A DNA stretch of 64,000 bases from NCBI GenBank assembly GCA_965232515.1, contig CBDDPY010000002.1, positions 6,272,001 to 6,336,000 on the forward strand. The letters run 5' to 3'. Source of the stretch: Alphaproteobacteria bacterium. Its GTDB lineage: Bacteria; Pseudomonadota; Alphaproteobacteria; GCA-2731375. Positions within the stretch are counted from its first letter, which is position 1. Every line of letters starts with the position of its first letter. This document shows positions 19,687-32,627 of this stretch, in pieces. The position numbers were made by a program, and so were the translations under genes. The notes under the pieces were generated by a model that ran no database searches, was not told where the DNA came from, and saw only the letters and a program-made list of their open reading frames with translations.

Positions 19687-21012
19687 GTGCTGGCGCAGGA
19701 GGTCATACGCCGCAAGCGCGACCGCGAGACCCTGAACGACGACGAGATCGGGTTCATGGTCCGCGGCATCAGCGACGGTTCGGTCAGTGAAAGCCAGGTC
19801 GCGGCCTTCGGCATGGCGGTGTACCTGAACGGCATGACGCGGGCCGAATGCGTGGCGCTGACCGACGCCATGGCCCATTCGGGCCTGGTCCTGGACTGGC
19901 GTGACGTCGATCTGCGCGGACCGCTGCTGGACAAACACTCGACCGGCGGCATCGGCGACAAGGTCAGCCTGGTGCTGGCGCCGATGATCGCGGCCTGCGG
20001 CGCGCATGTGCCGATGATCTCCGGCCGTGGTCTTGGCCATACCGGCGGCACACTCGACAAGCTGGAGGCCATTCCGGGGTACAGCGTAACGCCGGATCTC
20101 GAACGGTTTCGCCGCGTCGTGCGCGATGTCGGCTGTGCCATTGTCGGCCAAACCGACGAGATGGCGCCGGCCGACAGGCGGTTCTATGCGGTTCGCGACG
20201 TCACCGCGACGGTCGAGTCGATCCCGCTGATCACCGCGTCGATCCTGTCGAAAAAGCGCGCCGCCGGGGTACAGGCGCTGGTCATGGACGTGAAGACCGG
20301 CAGCGGCGCCTTCGCCGGCGAGCTGGCCGACGCCCAGGCGCTGGCGACCAGCATTGCCGACGTGGCGAACGGCGCCGGCTTGCCGACGACGGCGCTGATC
20401 ACGGACATGAACCAGGTCTTGGGATCGACGGCCGGAAACGCCGTCGAAGTCCGGGAAGCGGTGGCCTTCCTCACCGGCGGCGATCGAGACCAGCGACTGC
20501 ACGATGTGGTTCTGGCGCTCGGCGAAGAGATGCTGCGCCTCGGCGGCATGACGGACGACGCCGACGCCGCACGCGGCACGCTGTCGGCGGTGCTGGACGA
20601 CGGGCGGGCGGCAGAGAGGTTCAGCGCCATGGTGGCGGCGCTGGGCGGGCCGGCCGACTTCATTGAGAAGGCCGACGGCTGTCTCCCGCATGCGCCCGTG
20701 GTGAAACCCATCTACGCCGATCGGGTCGGCTATATCGGCGCACTGGACGTACGCGCCATCGGCATGGCGATTGTCGAGCTCGGCGGCGGCAGACGGTTGC
20801 CCGGCGATGCGATCGATCACGCCGTCGGCCTGACCGAGATGGGGGGGCTCGGCGAAGCGGTGGGCTCCGACCAGCCGATCGCCGTCCTGCACGCGGGCGA
20901 CGACGATGCCTGGAATGCGGCGGCAGGCAAGGTGAGGGCGGCGGTTTCCGTTACCGAACGGCCGGCGGATTCCGCTGCGGCATTGATCTACGGGCGCTAT
21001 GGCGCGGGCTGA
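19687..21012 (+). CDS. deoA: Thymidine phosphorylase
   Basis: QEVIRRKRD, DKHSTGGIGD, PMISGRGLGHTGGTLDKLE, RDVTATV, SILSKK, DVKTGSGAF. Confidence 0.95.
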   Translation: MLAQEVIRRKRDRETLNDDEIGFMVRGISDGSVSESQVAAFGMAVYLNGMTRAECVALTDAMAHSGLVLDWRDVDLRGPLLDKHSTGGIGDKVSLVLAPMIAACGAHVPMISGRGLGHTGGTLDKLEAIPGYSVTPDLERFRRVVRDVGCAIVGQTDEMAPADRRFYAVRDVTATVESIPLITASILSKKRAAGVQALVMDVKTGSGAFAGELADAQALATSIADVANGAGLPTTALITDMNQVLGSTAGNAVEVREAVAFLTGGDRDQRLHDVVLALGEEMLRLGGMTDDADAARGTLSAVLDDGRAAERFSAMVAALGGPADFIEKADGCLPHAPVVKPIYADRVGYIGALDVRAIGMAIVELGGGRRLPGDAIDHAVGLTEMGGLGEAVGSDQPIAVLHAGDDDAWNAAAGKVRAAVSVTERPADSAAALIYGRYGAG

Positions 21013-21859
21013 TCGACAGGGACCGGCGGCCGATCGGCGCTCGGCCTTCGAGCGCGATGGCTTTTTGGTCATCAAGGAATTCGTTCCGACGGCCGATCGC
21101 GCCGGGCTGAGGAAACGCGCCGGCGAACTGGTTGACGGTTTCCAACCGCAAGCGGACGCGACGGTGTTCTCGACCCGGTCGCAGTCGCACGCGGCCGATG
21201 ACTACTTCCAAACCTCCGGCGACAAGATCCGGTTCTTCTTCGAGGAGGACGCCTTCGACGCCGATGGCGCGTTGACCCGACCAAAGGCGTTGGCCATCAA
21301 CAAGATCGGCCATGCCCTGCACGATCTCGACCCCGTGTTCAGCCGTTTCTCTCGCGCCCCGCAATTGGCCGATCTGGCCCGGGAACTTGGTTTCGTCACG
21401 CCGCTGCTGCTGCAGTCCATGTACATCTTCAAGCAGCCCGAGGTGGGCGGTGAGGTCACCTGGCATCAGGACGCGACGTTTCTCCATACCGACCCCATAA
21501 GCGTCGTTGGTTTCTGGTTCGCGCTCGAGGACGCGACGGTCGAGAACGGTTGCCTGTGGGCCCTGCCGGGCCAGCACAAATCAGGTCTGAAATCGCGTTT
21601 CCGGCGCACAGGCACCGGCCTGGAGATTGAGGTGCTGGACGATACCGTGTGGCCGACGGACGCCGCGCAGCCGCTGGAGGTGCCGGCGGGGACGCTGGTC
21701 GTGCTGCATGGCTTGCTGCCGCACTACAGCAGCGCCAACCGGACCACGTCCTCGCGGCATGCCTATGCGTTGCATGTGATCGACGGGCATACCCGCTACG
21801 CCGACGACAATTGGCTGCAGCGTGGGCCCGACATGCCCTTGCGCGGCTTCGAGACATGA
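20999..21859 (+). CDS. PhyH-family Fe(II)/2-oxoglutarate dioxygenase, PHYHD1-like
   Basis: SGDKIRFFFE, INKIGHALH, QSMYIFKQP, WHQD (HxD), ALEDAT-ENGCL, distal His LPHYS, SRHAY; overlaps both neighbours. Confidence 0.9.
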   Translation: MARADRQGPAADRRSAFERDGFLVIKEFVPTADRAGLRKRAGELVDGFQPQADATVFSTRSQSHAADDYFQTSGDKIRFFFEEDAFDADGALTRPKALAINKIGHALHDLDPVFSRFSRAPQLADLARELGFVTPLLLQSMYIFKQPEVGGEVTWHQDATFLHTDPISVVGFWFALEDATVENGCLWALPGQHKSGLKSRFRRTGTGLEIEVLDDTVWPTDAAQPLEVPAGTLVVLHGLLPHYSSANRTTSSRHAYALHVIDGHTRYADDNWLQRGPDMPLRGFET

Positions 21860-22839
21860 TCCCGCTGACCGAACTGCACTGCCATCTCGAAGGCGCGGCC
21901 GGGCCGGCCCTGGTCCGCCGTCTGGCGGCCCGCAATGGCGTGGCCCTGCCGGAGACGATCTTTGCCGACGGCGAGCGGTTCGCGTTCACCGACTTCGTCG
22001 ACTTTCTGCGGGTTTATGACGTCGCGGCCGGCTGCATCCGCACGCCGGATGACTATTACGATGTGACATCGGAATATCTGGCGGCCTGCGCGCGGGAAGG
22101 GGCGATTTATGTCGAAGTGATGTCGTCTCCGGATCATGCGGCGGCGGCGGGCATGACCTATGCCGATCACCTGGAAGGCATTGTGGCGGCGATCGCCGAC
22201 GCCAAACGGGATCATGACATCGAGGGTCGCATCATCGTCACCTGCGTGCGGCATTTTGGGCCCGAGCGGGCCATCGAAGTCGCGCGCCAAGTCGTTGCCG
22301 ACCCCCATCCGCTCGTCGTCGGCTTCGGCATGGGTGGCGATGAATCGGCCTATGCCGCCGCCGACTTCGCGCCGGCTTTCCGGCTCGCGCACGATTCCGG
22401 GTTGCCGTGCACGGTTCACGCCGGCGAATTCGGCGGTCCGGAAAGCGTTCGCGCGGCACTGGCCGCGCTGCCGGTTTCGCGCCTTGGTCATGGCGTACGC
22501 GCTATCGAGGACGCGGATCTCGTTCGTGAACTCGCCGACCGGGGCGTGACCCTCGAGGTCTGTCCGACCAGCAACGTCGCCACCGGGGTCTATGACGGCT
22601 ATGACGCGCATCCATTGTGCGAATTGCGTGATGCCGGTTGCCGGATAACGCTGAACTCCGACGATCCGCCGTATTTCGGCACGTCCGTGGGCCGCGAATA
22701 CCGCGTGGCCGCCGACGAATTTGGCTTTTCGGACATGGATCTTGTCGGGGTGACGCGCACTGCCGTCGAGGCCAGCTTTGCCGACGATGCGACCAAAGCG
22801 AACTTGTTGCGCCGGGTGGACGCCTGGAACCAAGCCTGA
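21856..22839 (+). CDS. add: Adenosine/adenine deaminase
   Basis: ELHCHLEG, GFGMGGDE, TVHAGE, RLGHGV, LEVCPTSN, TLNSDDP; ATGA overlap with dioxygenase stop. Confidence 0.93.
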   Translation: MIPLTELHCHLEGAAGPALVRRLAARNGVALPETIFADGERFAFTDFVDFLRVYDVAAGCIRTPDDYYDVTSEYLAACAREGAIYVEVMSSPDHAAAAGMTYADHLEGIVAAIADAKRDHDIEGRIIVTCVRHFGPERAIEVARQVVADPHPLVVGFGMGGDESAYAAADFAPAFRLAHDSGLPCTVHAGEFGGPESVRAALAALPVSRLGHGVRAIEDADLVRELADRGVTLEVCPTSNVATGVYDGYDAHPLCELRDAGCRITLNSDDPPYFGTSVGREYRVAADEFGFSDMDLVGVTRTAVEASFADDATKANLLRRVDAWNQA

Positions 22840-22845
22840 AAAAGC

Positions 22846-22881
22846 AAAAAAATGCCCGGAAATCCAAAGGATTTCCGGGCA
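22846..22881 (-). terminator. Rho-independent terminator of candidate sRNA
   Basis: TGCCCGGAAATCC-TTT-GGATTTCCGGGCA followed by TTTTTTT on minus strand. Confidence 0.85.
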
Positions 22882-23009
22882 AGTCTAACAGGGAGGCTTC
22901 ACGTCTGGGAGACGTAGAAGTTTGGGCCATCTCGCAACATGGGGGGTCGTGCGATGACCCAGTCCCGGACCCGGAGGCCCGGGCGGATGGTGCAATGCAA
23001 CATCCGTCG
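22846..23009 (-). ncRNA. Candidate small RNA (AbcR/MmgR-like architecture)
   Basis: Own promoter, four hairpins, CUCCCA loop, CCUCCCU linker, 13-bp terminator with U7; downstream of trxB-lysR. 5' end estimated from the promoter. Confidence 0.65.
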
Positions 23010-23015
23010 AAACAA

Positions 23016-23082
23016 TATTTAGTGGTTGATGTGCCCTCTTGCCACCCACATGGTCGCATTGGTGATATGCGCGTTCCGCATA
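23016..23082 (-). promoter_or_regulatory. Sigma70-like promoter plus LysR-type binding palindrome
   Basis: TGGCAA (23044-23039), N17, TAAATA (23021-23016); TATGC-N7-GCATA (T-N11-A core) at 23066-23082, centred near -65. Confidence 0.6.
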
Positions 23083-23098
23083 CCTTTGGAAATGGCCG

Positions 23099-23989
23099 TC
23101 AGAACGTCCAATCCTGGACCTTGCTGATCAGGAAATCGCGGAAAACGCCAATGCGTTTGGTGTTCCGCAGTTCCTCGGGATAGACGAAGTAGGTGTCGAA
23201 GCTCGGTCCTTCGATGTCCGGCAGCACCCGAATCAGCGAGTTGTTTCCGTGCACCATGTAGTCCGGCAGGGCGGCGATGCCCAACCCGGACTCGACCGCC
23301 AGCACCAGGCCGTAGATATTGTTGACCTGCAGTACCGGTCGGCGCCGGGTATGCGGCTTGGCCCCGAAATTCAGCAGCCAGTTGACGTTACGAAGCGACG
23401 GCGGCGCTTCGCTGCCGTAGACGACGATGGCGTGCTTGTCGAGGTCCTCGACTTTCTCGGGCTCGCCGTGGCGCTCGATGTATTCGCGCGTGGCGTAGAT
23501 GTGGTTGTGCACCGTCAGCAGCCGGCGCTTCACCAAGTCGGGCTGCGTCGGTGCGCTGAGGCGGATGGCCACATCGGCCTCGCGCATCGCCAGGTCCAGT
23601 TCCCGGTCCTCGCAGATCAGGCTGAGCGAGATATCCGGATAAAGTTCCAGAAACTCGCGGATTCGCGGGGTCAGCCAGGTCGAGCCGAAGCCGACGGTCG
23701 TCGTGACCCGCAGATCGCCGGAGGGCTTGGCCTTGCTGTCGGCCAGCATTGCCTTTGCGATCGCCAGCTTGCCGAACACGTCATGCGCGGTGCTGTAGAG
23801 CAGTTCGCCCTGCTCGGTCAGGATCAAACCGCGCGCGTGACGGTGGAACAGCGAGACGCCGAGTTCGTCCTCGAGCGAGCTGACCTGCCGGCTGACCGCG
23901 GACTGGCTCAGCGCCAGTTCCTCGCCGGCATGCGTGAAGCTGCCTGCCTGTGCGACAGCGTGGAATATCCTGAGCTTGTCCCAGTCCAT
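23099..23989 (-). CDS. LysR family transcriptional regulator (LsrB/VtlR-like)
   Basis: MDWDKLRIFHAVAQAGSFTHAG, LSQSAVSRQ, LFHRHARGLILTEQGE, MREADVAIR; directly downstream of trxB as in rhizobia. Confidence 0.93.
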   Translation of the reverse strand: MDWDKLRIFHAVAQAGSFTHAGEELALSQSAVSRQVSSLEDELGVSLFHRHARGLILTEQGELLYSTAHDVFGKLAIAKAMLADSKAKPSGDLRVTTTVGFGSTWLTPRIREFLELYPDISLSLICEDRELDLAMREADVAIRLSAPTQPDLVKRRLLTVHNHIYATREYIERHGEPEKVEDLDKHAIVVYGSEAPPSLRNVNWLLNFGAKPHTRRRPVLQVNNIYGLVLAVESGLGIAALPDYMVHGNNSLIRVLPDIEGPSFDTYFVYPEELRNTKRIGVFRDFLISKVQDWTF

Positions 23990-24056
23990 GACGCCAACCT
24001 GTGTGCGCGGGCTTATTGCGCCCGCGACCTCCCCGTTTTATCGCATGCTGATTTTC

Positions 24057-25025
24057 TTATTCGGCGGCCTGAGCAGCGCCGGCATCGAGCATGGCAAGAT
24101 ATTTTTCGGCCTCGAGCGCGGCCATGCAGCCTGTGCCGGCCGCCGTTACCGCCTGACGATAGACCTTGTCCTGTACGTCGCCGGCTGCATAGACGCCGGG
24201 AATCTCGGTGGCCGTACTGTCGGCGGCCGTGAACAGATAGCCTTCGTCATCCATCTGCAACTGACCGCGGAACAGGTCGGTTTGCGGCTTGTGGCCGATG
24301 GCGATGAAGACGCCGTCGAGGGCGATCTCACGGGTTTCGCCGCTCGCGACCTGGCGCAGTCGGACGCCGGTGACGCCTGGCGGATCGGTCTCGCCGAGGA
24401 TCTCGTCCAGGACGTGGTTCCAGACAACCTCGACCTTATCATTCGCAAACAGCCTGTCCTGCAGGATCTTTTCCGCCCGCAACTGATCCCGACGGTGGAT
24501 CAGATAGACCTTGTCGGCAAAGTTCGTCAGGAACAGGGCCTCCTCGACCGCCGTATTGCCGCCACCGACGACACAGACCTGACGGCCCCGATAGAAGAAC
24601 CCGTCGCAGGTGGCGCAGGCCGAAACGCCGAAGCCCTGAAAGCGTTGCTCGCTCTCCAGACCCAGCCACTTCGCCTGGGCGCCGGTGCTGATGATCAGCG
24701 TGTCGGCCGTGTAAACGTCCCCGGAATCGCCGACGCAGCGGATCGGACGCGACTTGAGGTCAACCTGGACGATCATGTCGCTAATGCGTTCGGTGCCGAC
24801 ATTCGCCGCCTGCTGCTCCATCTGCTCCATCAGCCAGGGGCCCTGAATGACGTCGGCGAAGCCGGGATAGTTCTCGACGTCGGTGGTAATGGTCATCTGT
24901 CCGCCAGGCTGCATACCGTGCACGATCGCCGGCTTCAGACCCGCGCGTGCGGCGTAGATGGCTGCCGTCAGGCCGGCTGGCCCCGATCCCAGGATAAGCA
25001 CGCGAAAATGGCGGGTCTCGGACAT
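24057..25025 (-). CDS. trxB: Thioredoxin-disulfide reductase
   Basis: ILGSGPAG, VENYPGF, GVSACATCDG, VGGGNTAVEEA, IHRRD, AAGDV, RQAVTAAGTG. Confidence 0.97.
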   Translation of the reverse strand: MSETRHFRVLILGSGPAGLTAAIYAARAGLKPAIVHGMQPGGQMTITTDVENYPGFADVIQGPWLMEQMEQQAANVGTERISDMIVQVDLKSRPIRCVGDSGDVYTADTLIISTGAQAKWLGLESEQRFQGFGVSACATCDGFFYRGRQVCVVGGGNTAVEEALFLTNFADKVYLIHRRDQLRAEKILQDRLFANDKVEVVWNHVLDEILGETDPPGVTGVRLRQVASGETREIALDGVFIAIGHKPQTDLFRGQLQMDDEGYLFTAADSTATEIPGVYAAGDVQDKVYRQAVTAAGTGCMAALEAEKYLAMLDAGAAQAAE

Positions 25026-25272
25026 AGCTCTCTCCTTACGCGCGCAGTCCGGCAGCAACGCCTGCCCGCACCGCGCGTCAACAGATCCGTTATGTAAATC
25101 GCCGCCTAAGCCCTCGCAAGGCGGACAGACAATTGTCAGAACAAACGTCGACAGCCGGACCGTCAAACGCCACCCGGCAACCGGTTTCGACGTCAGCGTC
25201 CCCGATTCCAATCATTTTAGCCGAAGCGGGGGCCGACCGCATCCCGAACCTGAAATGGCGGCAAACCGGGAT

Positions 25273-26238
25273 TCAGGCGCTGGCGTGCCGCGCGAGCCGG
25301 GCAAGAACTTCTTTGGCGACCTCACCGGTTTCGTCCAGCGCCGGATAGGTCCAGCTTTCGAGACCGCCTTCGAAGCGGCGTGTATAACCTGCCTGGCGCA
25401 GGCCGGCGTGGAAATCGTTGAATTTCCTGCTGCCGCCCTCGAGATCGACCACGTAGACCGGTTTTCCGGTGGCGCAAGCCTCCGAAACCATGGTGGCCGA
25501 GTCGCAGGTGACGACAATGGTATCGGCGATCCCGAGGTAGCCGAAATAGGGATTCGGGCCCTCGAAGTCCCAGATTTCGGCGCCGGTCTTTGCCAACCGA
25601 TCGTGCAGCACGGCAATGTTTTCCGCACCCGTTCGCCGCGACGGGGTGACGGCGAGCCCGGCATCGAGCGCGGTGAGCCTGTCGCAGAGGCCTGCCGTGA
25701 TCTCCGGCGTCAGGCGATAGGCCGAACTGTTGCCGCCGATAAGGACGGCCACGAGTGGCCGGGGCAAATGCGCGAGCTTTGGCGCGATCCGCTCGGCCTC
25801 GGCGGCGAGGCGTTCCGGCGTAACCCTGTGCAGGGCGCCCATCGTTTCGATGACGTTCGGGCCGGACAACCGGTCATGCCGTGGCGGCACCACCAGATCG
25901 AAGCGCCGAGGCGCCGTTTTCGGATCCTGGATATGCACCGTGTAGGTGCGGCCTCCGCTTGCCCGGCGGATGAACAGTGAAAACGGCACGCTGCGTCGGC
26001 CGCAGGTGATGAGCAGGTCGGGCCAGGGTGGCGTTATGGGCTCGTGGTCGACCGGGAGAGAGGCGAGCGGCGCCGGCCACCAGCCCGCCGGCAGCCAGAT
26101 CCAAGGCCGTCGCGGCTTTACGCGTTTGATCTCGAACGGCAGGCCGATCCGCTCCGCCAGGCCGACGGCCTGGTTTTCCATGCCGGCATGTCCGGGCGTC
26201 AGCACCCAGCACGATGGATTGTCGGACGATTCGGTCAT
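25273..26238 (-). CDS. ELM1-family (mitochondrial fission ELM1-like) protein
   Basis: GMENQAVGLAE, PDLLITCGR, VHIQDP, PRHD, VLIGG, TPSRRT, NPYFGYL, VTCDSATMVSEA. Confidence 0.85.
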   Translation of the reverse strand: MTESSDNPSCWVLTPGHAGMENQAVGLAERIGLPFEIKRVKPRRPWIWLPAGWWPAPLASLPVDHEPITPPWPDLLITCGRRSVPFSLFIRRASGGRTYTVHIQDPKTAPRRFDLVVPPRHDRLSGPNVIETMGALHRVTPERLAAEAERIAPKLAHLPRPLVAVLIGGNSSAYRLTPEITAGLCDRLTALDAGLAVTPSRRTGAENIAVLHDRLAKTGAEIWDFEGPNPYFGYLGIADTIVVTCDSATMVSEACATGKPVYVVDLEGGSRKFNDFHAGLRQAGYTRRFEGGLESWTYPALDETGEVAKEVLARLARHASA

Positions 26239-26369
26239 GTCCCGTCTATTGCTCAAGCCGAGGCAGCGGTTCGGACCACAAGAAACAGAGCGGATTGTGC
26301 GGGCATCCTTTGCGGTTCGACTGCATTGCGTAATATTATTGCGCGATCAGGCAGGCCAGGGTTCAAAAC

Positions 26370-26861
26370 ATGCAGCGCGTAAAGCTCGACAAAATCGACC
26401 GGCAGATCCTCGAAGAACTGCGGACCAACGGTCGGATCACCAACGTCGAGCTGGCCCGGCGGGTCGGCATCTCCGCGCCGCCCTGCCTGCGCCGGGTGCG
26501 GGCGCTCGAAGAAGCCGGCTTTATCGGCGGCTACCATGCCGAACTGAACGCCGAGGCGTTGGGCTATGGCCTGACGGTGTTCGCGATGGTCGGCCTGCAC
26601 AGTCAGGCGGAAGCGGATCTTGAGGCATTCGAAGGCATGGTGCGGTCGTGGCCGATGGTCCGGGAATGCCACATGCTGACGGGTGAAGCGGACTTTATTC
26701 TCAAGGTTGTCGCCCGCGATTGGGATAGTTGGCAGACGTTCCTGACGACCGAACTGACGCCTGCGCCAAACGTCGCCAGCGTCAAAACCTCGCCGGTGCT
26801 CCGACGTTCGAAATCCGATCCGGGCGTGCCGCTGGATGCAGCGCTGATCAGCGACGCCTGA
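26370..26861 (+). CDS. Lrp/AsnC family transcriptional regulator
   Basis: LDKIDRQIL, GRITNVELARRVGISAPPCLRRVRALE, ECHMLTGEADF. Confidence 0.93.
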   Translation: MQRVKLDKIDRQILEELRTNGRITNVELARRVGISAPPCLRRVRALEEAGFIGGYHAELNAEALGYGLTVFAMVGLHSQAEADLEAFEGMVRSWPMVRECHMLTGEADFILKVVARDWDSWQTFLTTELTPAPNVASVKTSPVLRRSKSDPGVPLDAALISDA

Positions 26862-26874
26862 ATGGCGCCACGCG

Positions 26875-27348
26875 CTACTTGTATTTGACCTTGACCAGTT
26901 CGTAATACTTGCCGCCGCTCGGCGTCGTCACCTCGACCTCGTCGCCGACCTGTTTGCCAATCAGTGCGCGGGCCAGCGGCGAGCCGATGGACAGCCGTTT
27001 CGACTTCACGTCGGCTTCGTCTTCACCGACGATCTGAAAATAGATCTCCTCGTCGATGTCTTCATCGATCAGCGTCACGGTGGCGCCGAACTTCACCGTC
27101 TTGCCGGACAGTGACGATGTATCGATGACCTGTGCCCGGCTGATCTTATTTTCCAGCTCGGCCACCCGGCTTTCGATGAACGCCTGCCGCTCCTTCGCCG
27201 CGTGATATTCGGCGTTCTCCGACAGATCGCCGTGCGCGCGCGCCTCTTCGAGCTGCCGGATTACGGCCGGTCGTTCGACGGACTTCAGTCGCTTCAATTC
27301 GTCTTCCAGGGCGGAAAAGCCCTGCAGGGTCATAGGATGACGTTCCAT
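26875..27348 (-). CDS. greA: Transcription elongation factor GreA
   Basis: [45 protein letters not shown]; follows carB. Confidence 0.96.
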   Translation of the reverse strand: MERHPMTLQGFSALEDELKRLKSVERPAVIRQLEEARAHGDLSENAEYHAAKERQAFIESRVAELENKISRAQVIDTSSLSGKTVKFGATVTLIDEDIDEEIYFQIVGEDEADVKSKRLSIGSPLARALIGKQVGDEVEVTTPSGGKYYELVKVKYK

Positions 27349-27442
27349 AGCTAACTCAGTATGCAGCAAGAATCAGTCAAGTGTTGCAGAAACTGACGAC
27401 GGGTGCATGCTTTTGCGCATCTCGGCGGAAACCCCCGAATGG

Positions 27443-30668
<3,226 letters not shown>

Positions 30669-30676
<8 letters not shown>

Positions 30677-31841
30677 TCTTGGCCATCAAATCGACGAAGC
30701 GTTGGAAGAGATAGTGACTGTCCTGTGGGCCGGGTGAGGCTTCGGGGTGGTATTGCACCGCGAAGATCGGCTTATCGTCGACAGCGAAGCCCTCGAGGCT
30801 GCCATCGAACAGCGAAATATGCGTCGGCGTGACGCCCGCCGGCAGCGAGTCCCGGACCACGACAAAGCCGTGGTTCTGGCTCGTGATCTCGACCTTGCCG
30901 GTGGTCAGATCCTTGACCGGCTGGTTCGCGCCGCGATGGCCCATATGCATCTTTTCGGTCCGGGCGCCCAACGCCAGCGCCAGCATCTGATGTCCGAGGC
31001 AGATGCCGAACAGGGGTTTGCCGGACGCCATGACGCCGCGAATCGCCGGTACGGCGTATTCGCCGGTCGCGGCCGGATCGCCCGGGCCGTTCGACAGGAA
31101 CACGCCGTCCGGATCGTGGCGCAAGATATCCTCCGCGGTCGAATCGGCCGGCACGACCGTGACCCGGCAACCCGCCGACGCCAGGCAGCGCAGGATGTTG
31201 CGCTTGACGCCGTAGTCGACGGCGACGACGTGATGGCGGGGATCCTGGAGCTGGCCGTAGCCGTCCGCCAGCGACCAGCGGGTTTCCTCCCAGGCATAGC
31301 TCTGCCGGCAACTGACGTCGATGGCGAGATCCATGCCCTCCAGGCCGGGCCAGTCGTTCGCCTCGGCCTGCAGCGCCGCGACGTCGAACTGTCCGTCGGG
31401 ATCGTGGCGCAGCACGCCGCGCGGCGCGCCGAGATCGCGGATGCGCCGGGTCAGGCGCCGGGTATCGATACCGGCGATCGCCGGCAGGTCGAAGCGCGAC
31501 AGCCAGGCATCGAAGCCCCGGGCGGCGCGCCAGTTCGATGGCTCGGTAATGTCCATGCGCAGCACGCAGGCGCGCGCCGCCGGCGTCGTCGTCTCGTGGT
31601 CTTCGTCGTTCGCGCCGACGTTGCCGATATGCGGAAAGGTGAAGTTGATGATCTGACCGGCATAGGAGGGATCGGTCATGATCTCCTGGTAGCCGGTCAT
31701 CGACGTGTTGAAGCAGACTTCGCCGACCGCCTGACCGATGGCGCCCAGGCCATGCCCCCAGAACACCGTTCCGTCGTCGAGCACCAACGCGGCCGTCGCG
31801 CGTGAGGGCGGCGCGGCGGGATCGCTGCTGTTGGTTGTCAT
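30669..31841 (-). CDS. carA: Carbamoyl-phosphate synthase small subunit
   Basis: [48 protein letters not shown]. Confidence 0.98.
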
Positions 31842-32060
31842 CCGAGGGGTTCCGAGCCGGTCGCGCGGCCGCGACGATTCGCCTTGCCGCACTCAAAAAA
31901 GCGCCGGGACATTAAGCAAAAGCCCGGCCGTCGTCAAGCCTGTCTATTTGTTAGAAAATCTATATATTTCAATATCTTAGTTCCGCGTCGACGGTTTGCG
32001 TCGCCGATGCCTTTCAGTTAGCATTCCAAGCCTTATGCACGAACAGCGGGAGTCGTCCGA

Positions 32061-32537
32061 ATGCTGCGTGCCGATCTGTCAGAATCGCTCAAATCAGCCA
32101 TCAAGGCGAAAGACAGCCGTCGAGTCTCGACGTTGCGCCTGATCCTGGCCGCCATCAAGGACCGCGACATCGCCGTGCGCAGCGACGGCCGGGCGGACGG
32201 CGTCAGCGACGACGAGATCCTCGGTATCCTGCAAAAGATGATCAAGCAGCGCCGCGAGAGCATCGCGCACTACGAGCAGGGCGCGCGTCTGGAGTTGGCC
32301 GCGCAGGAGCAGGAAGAGATCGACGTCATACAGGATTACCTGCCGGCGCAGTTGAGCGATGACGAGATGAAGACGGTGGTGACCGAGGTTCTCGCCGAGA
32401 TCGGCGCCGAGGGAATCAAGGATATGGGCCGGACCATGGGGGTGCTCAAAGAGCGCTATACCGGCCGGATGGATACGAGCAAGGCCAGCCTGATCGTCCG
32501 GCAGCTATTGACCGGCGGCCCGTCATCGACGCAATAG
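32061..32537 (+). CDS. GatB/YqeY domain protein
   Basis: TLRLILAAIK, KMIKQRRES, YLPAQLS, KDMG motifs; usual position between carA and dnaG. Confidence 0.92.
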   Translation: MLRADLSESLKSAIKAKDSRRVSTLRLILAAIKDRDIAVRSDGRADGVSDDEILGILQKMIKQRRESIAHYEQGARLELAAQEQEEIDVIQDYLPAQLSDDEMKTVVTEVLAEIGAEGIKDMGRTMGVLKERYTGRMDTSKASLIVRQLLTGGPSSTQ

Positions 32538-32627
32538 GCTTGCCCTGAATGGGTTAAGGGCTAACTTGGTCTTGCGCCAACGTTACACGGGGCGTCCTGC
32601 AGCAACATCTGATACCAACATCCGCCG

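Noticed and set aside
31940-31985. AT-rich patch with IHF-like TTTCAATATCTTA
   Set aside because: Ordinary divergent carA/yqeY promoter region; the match is imperfect.
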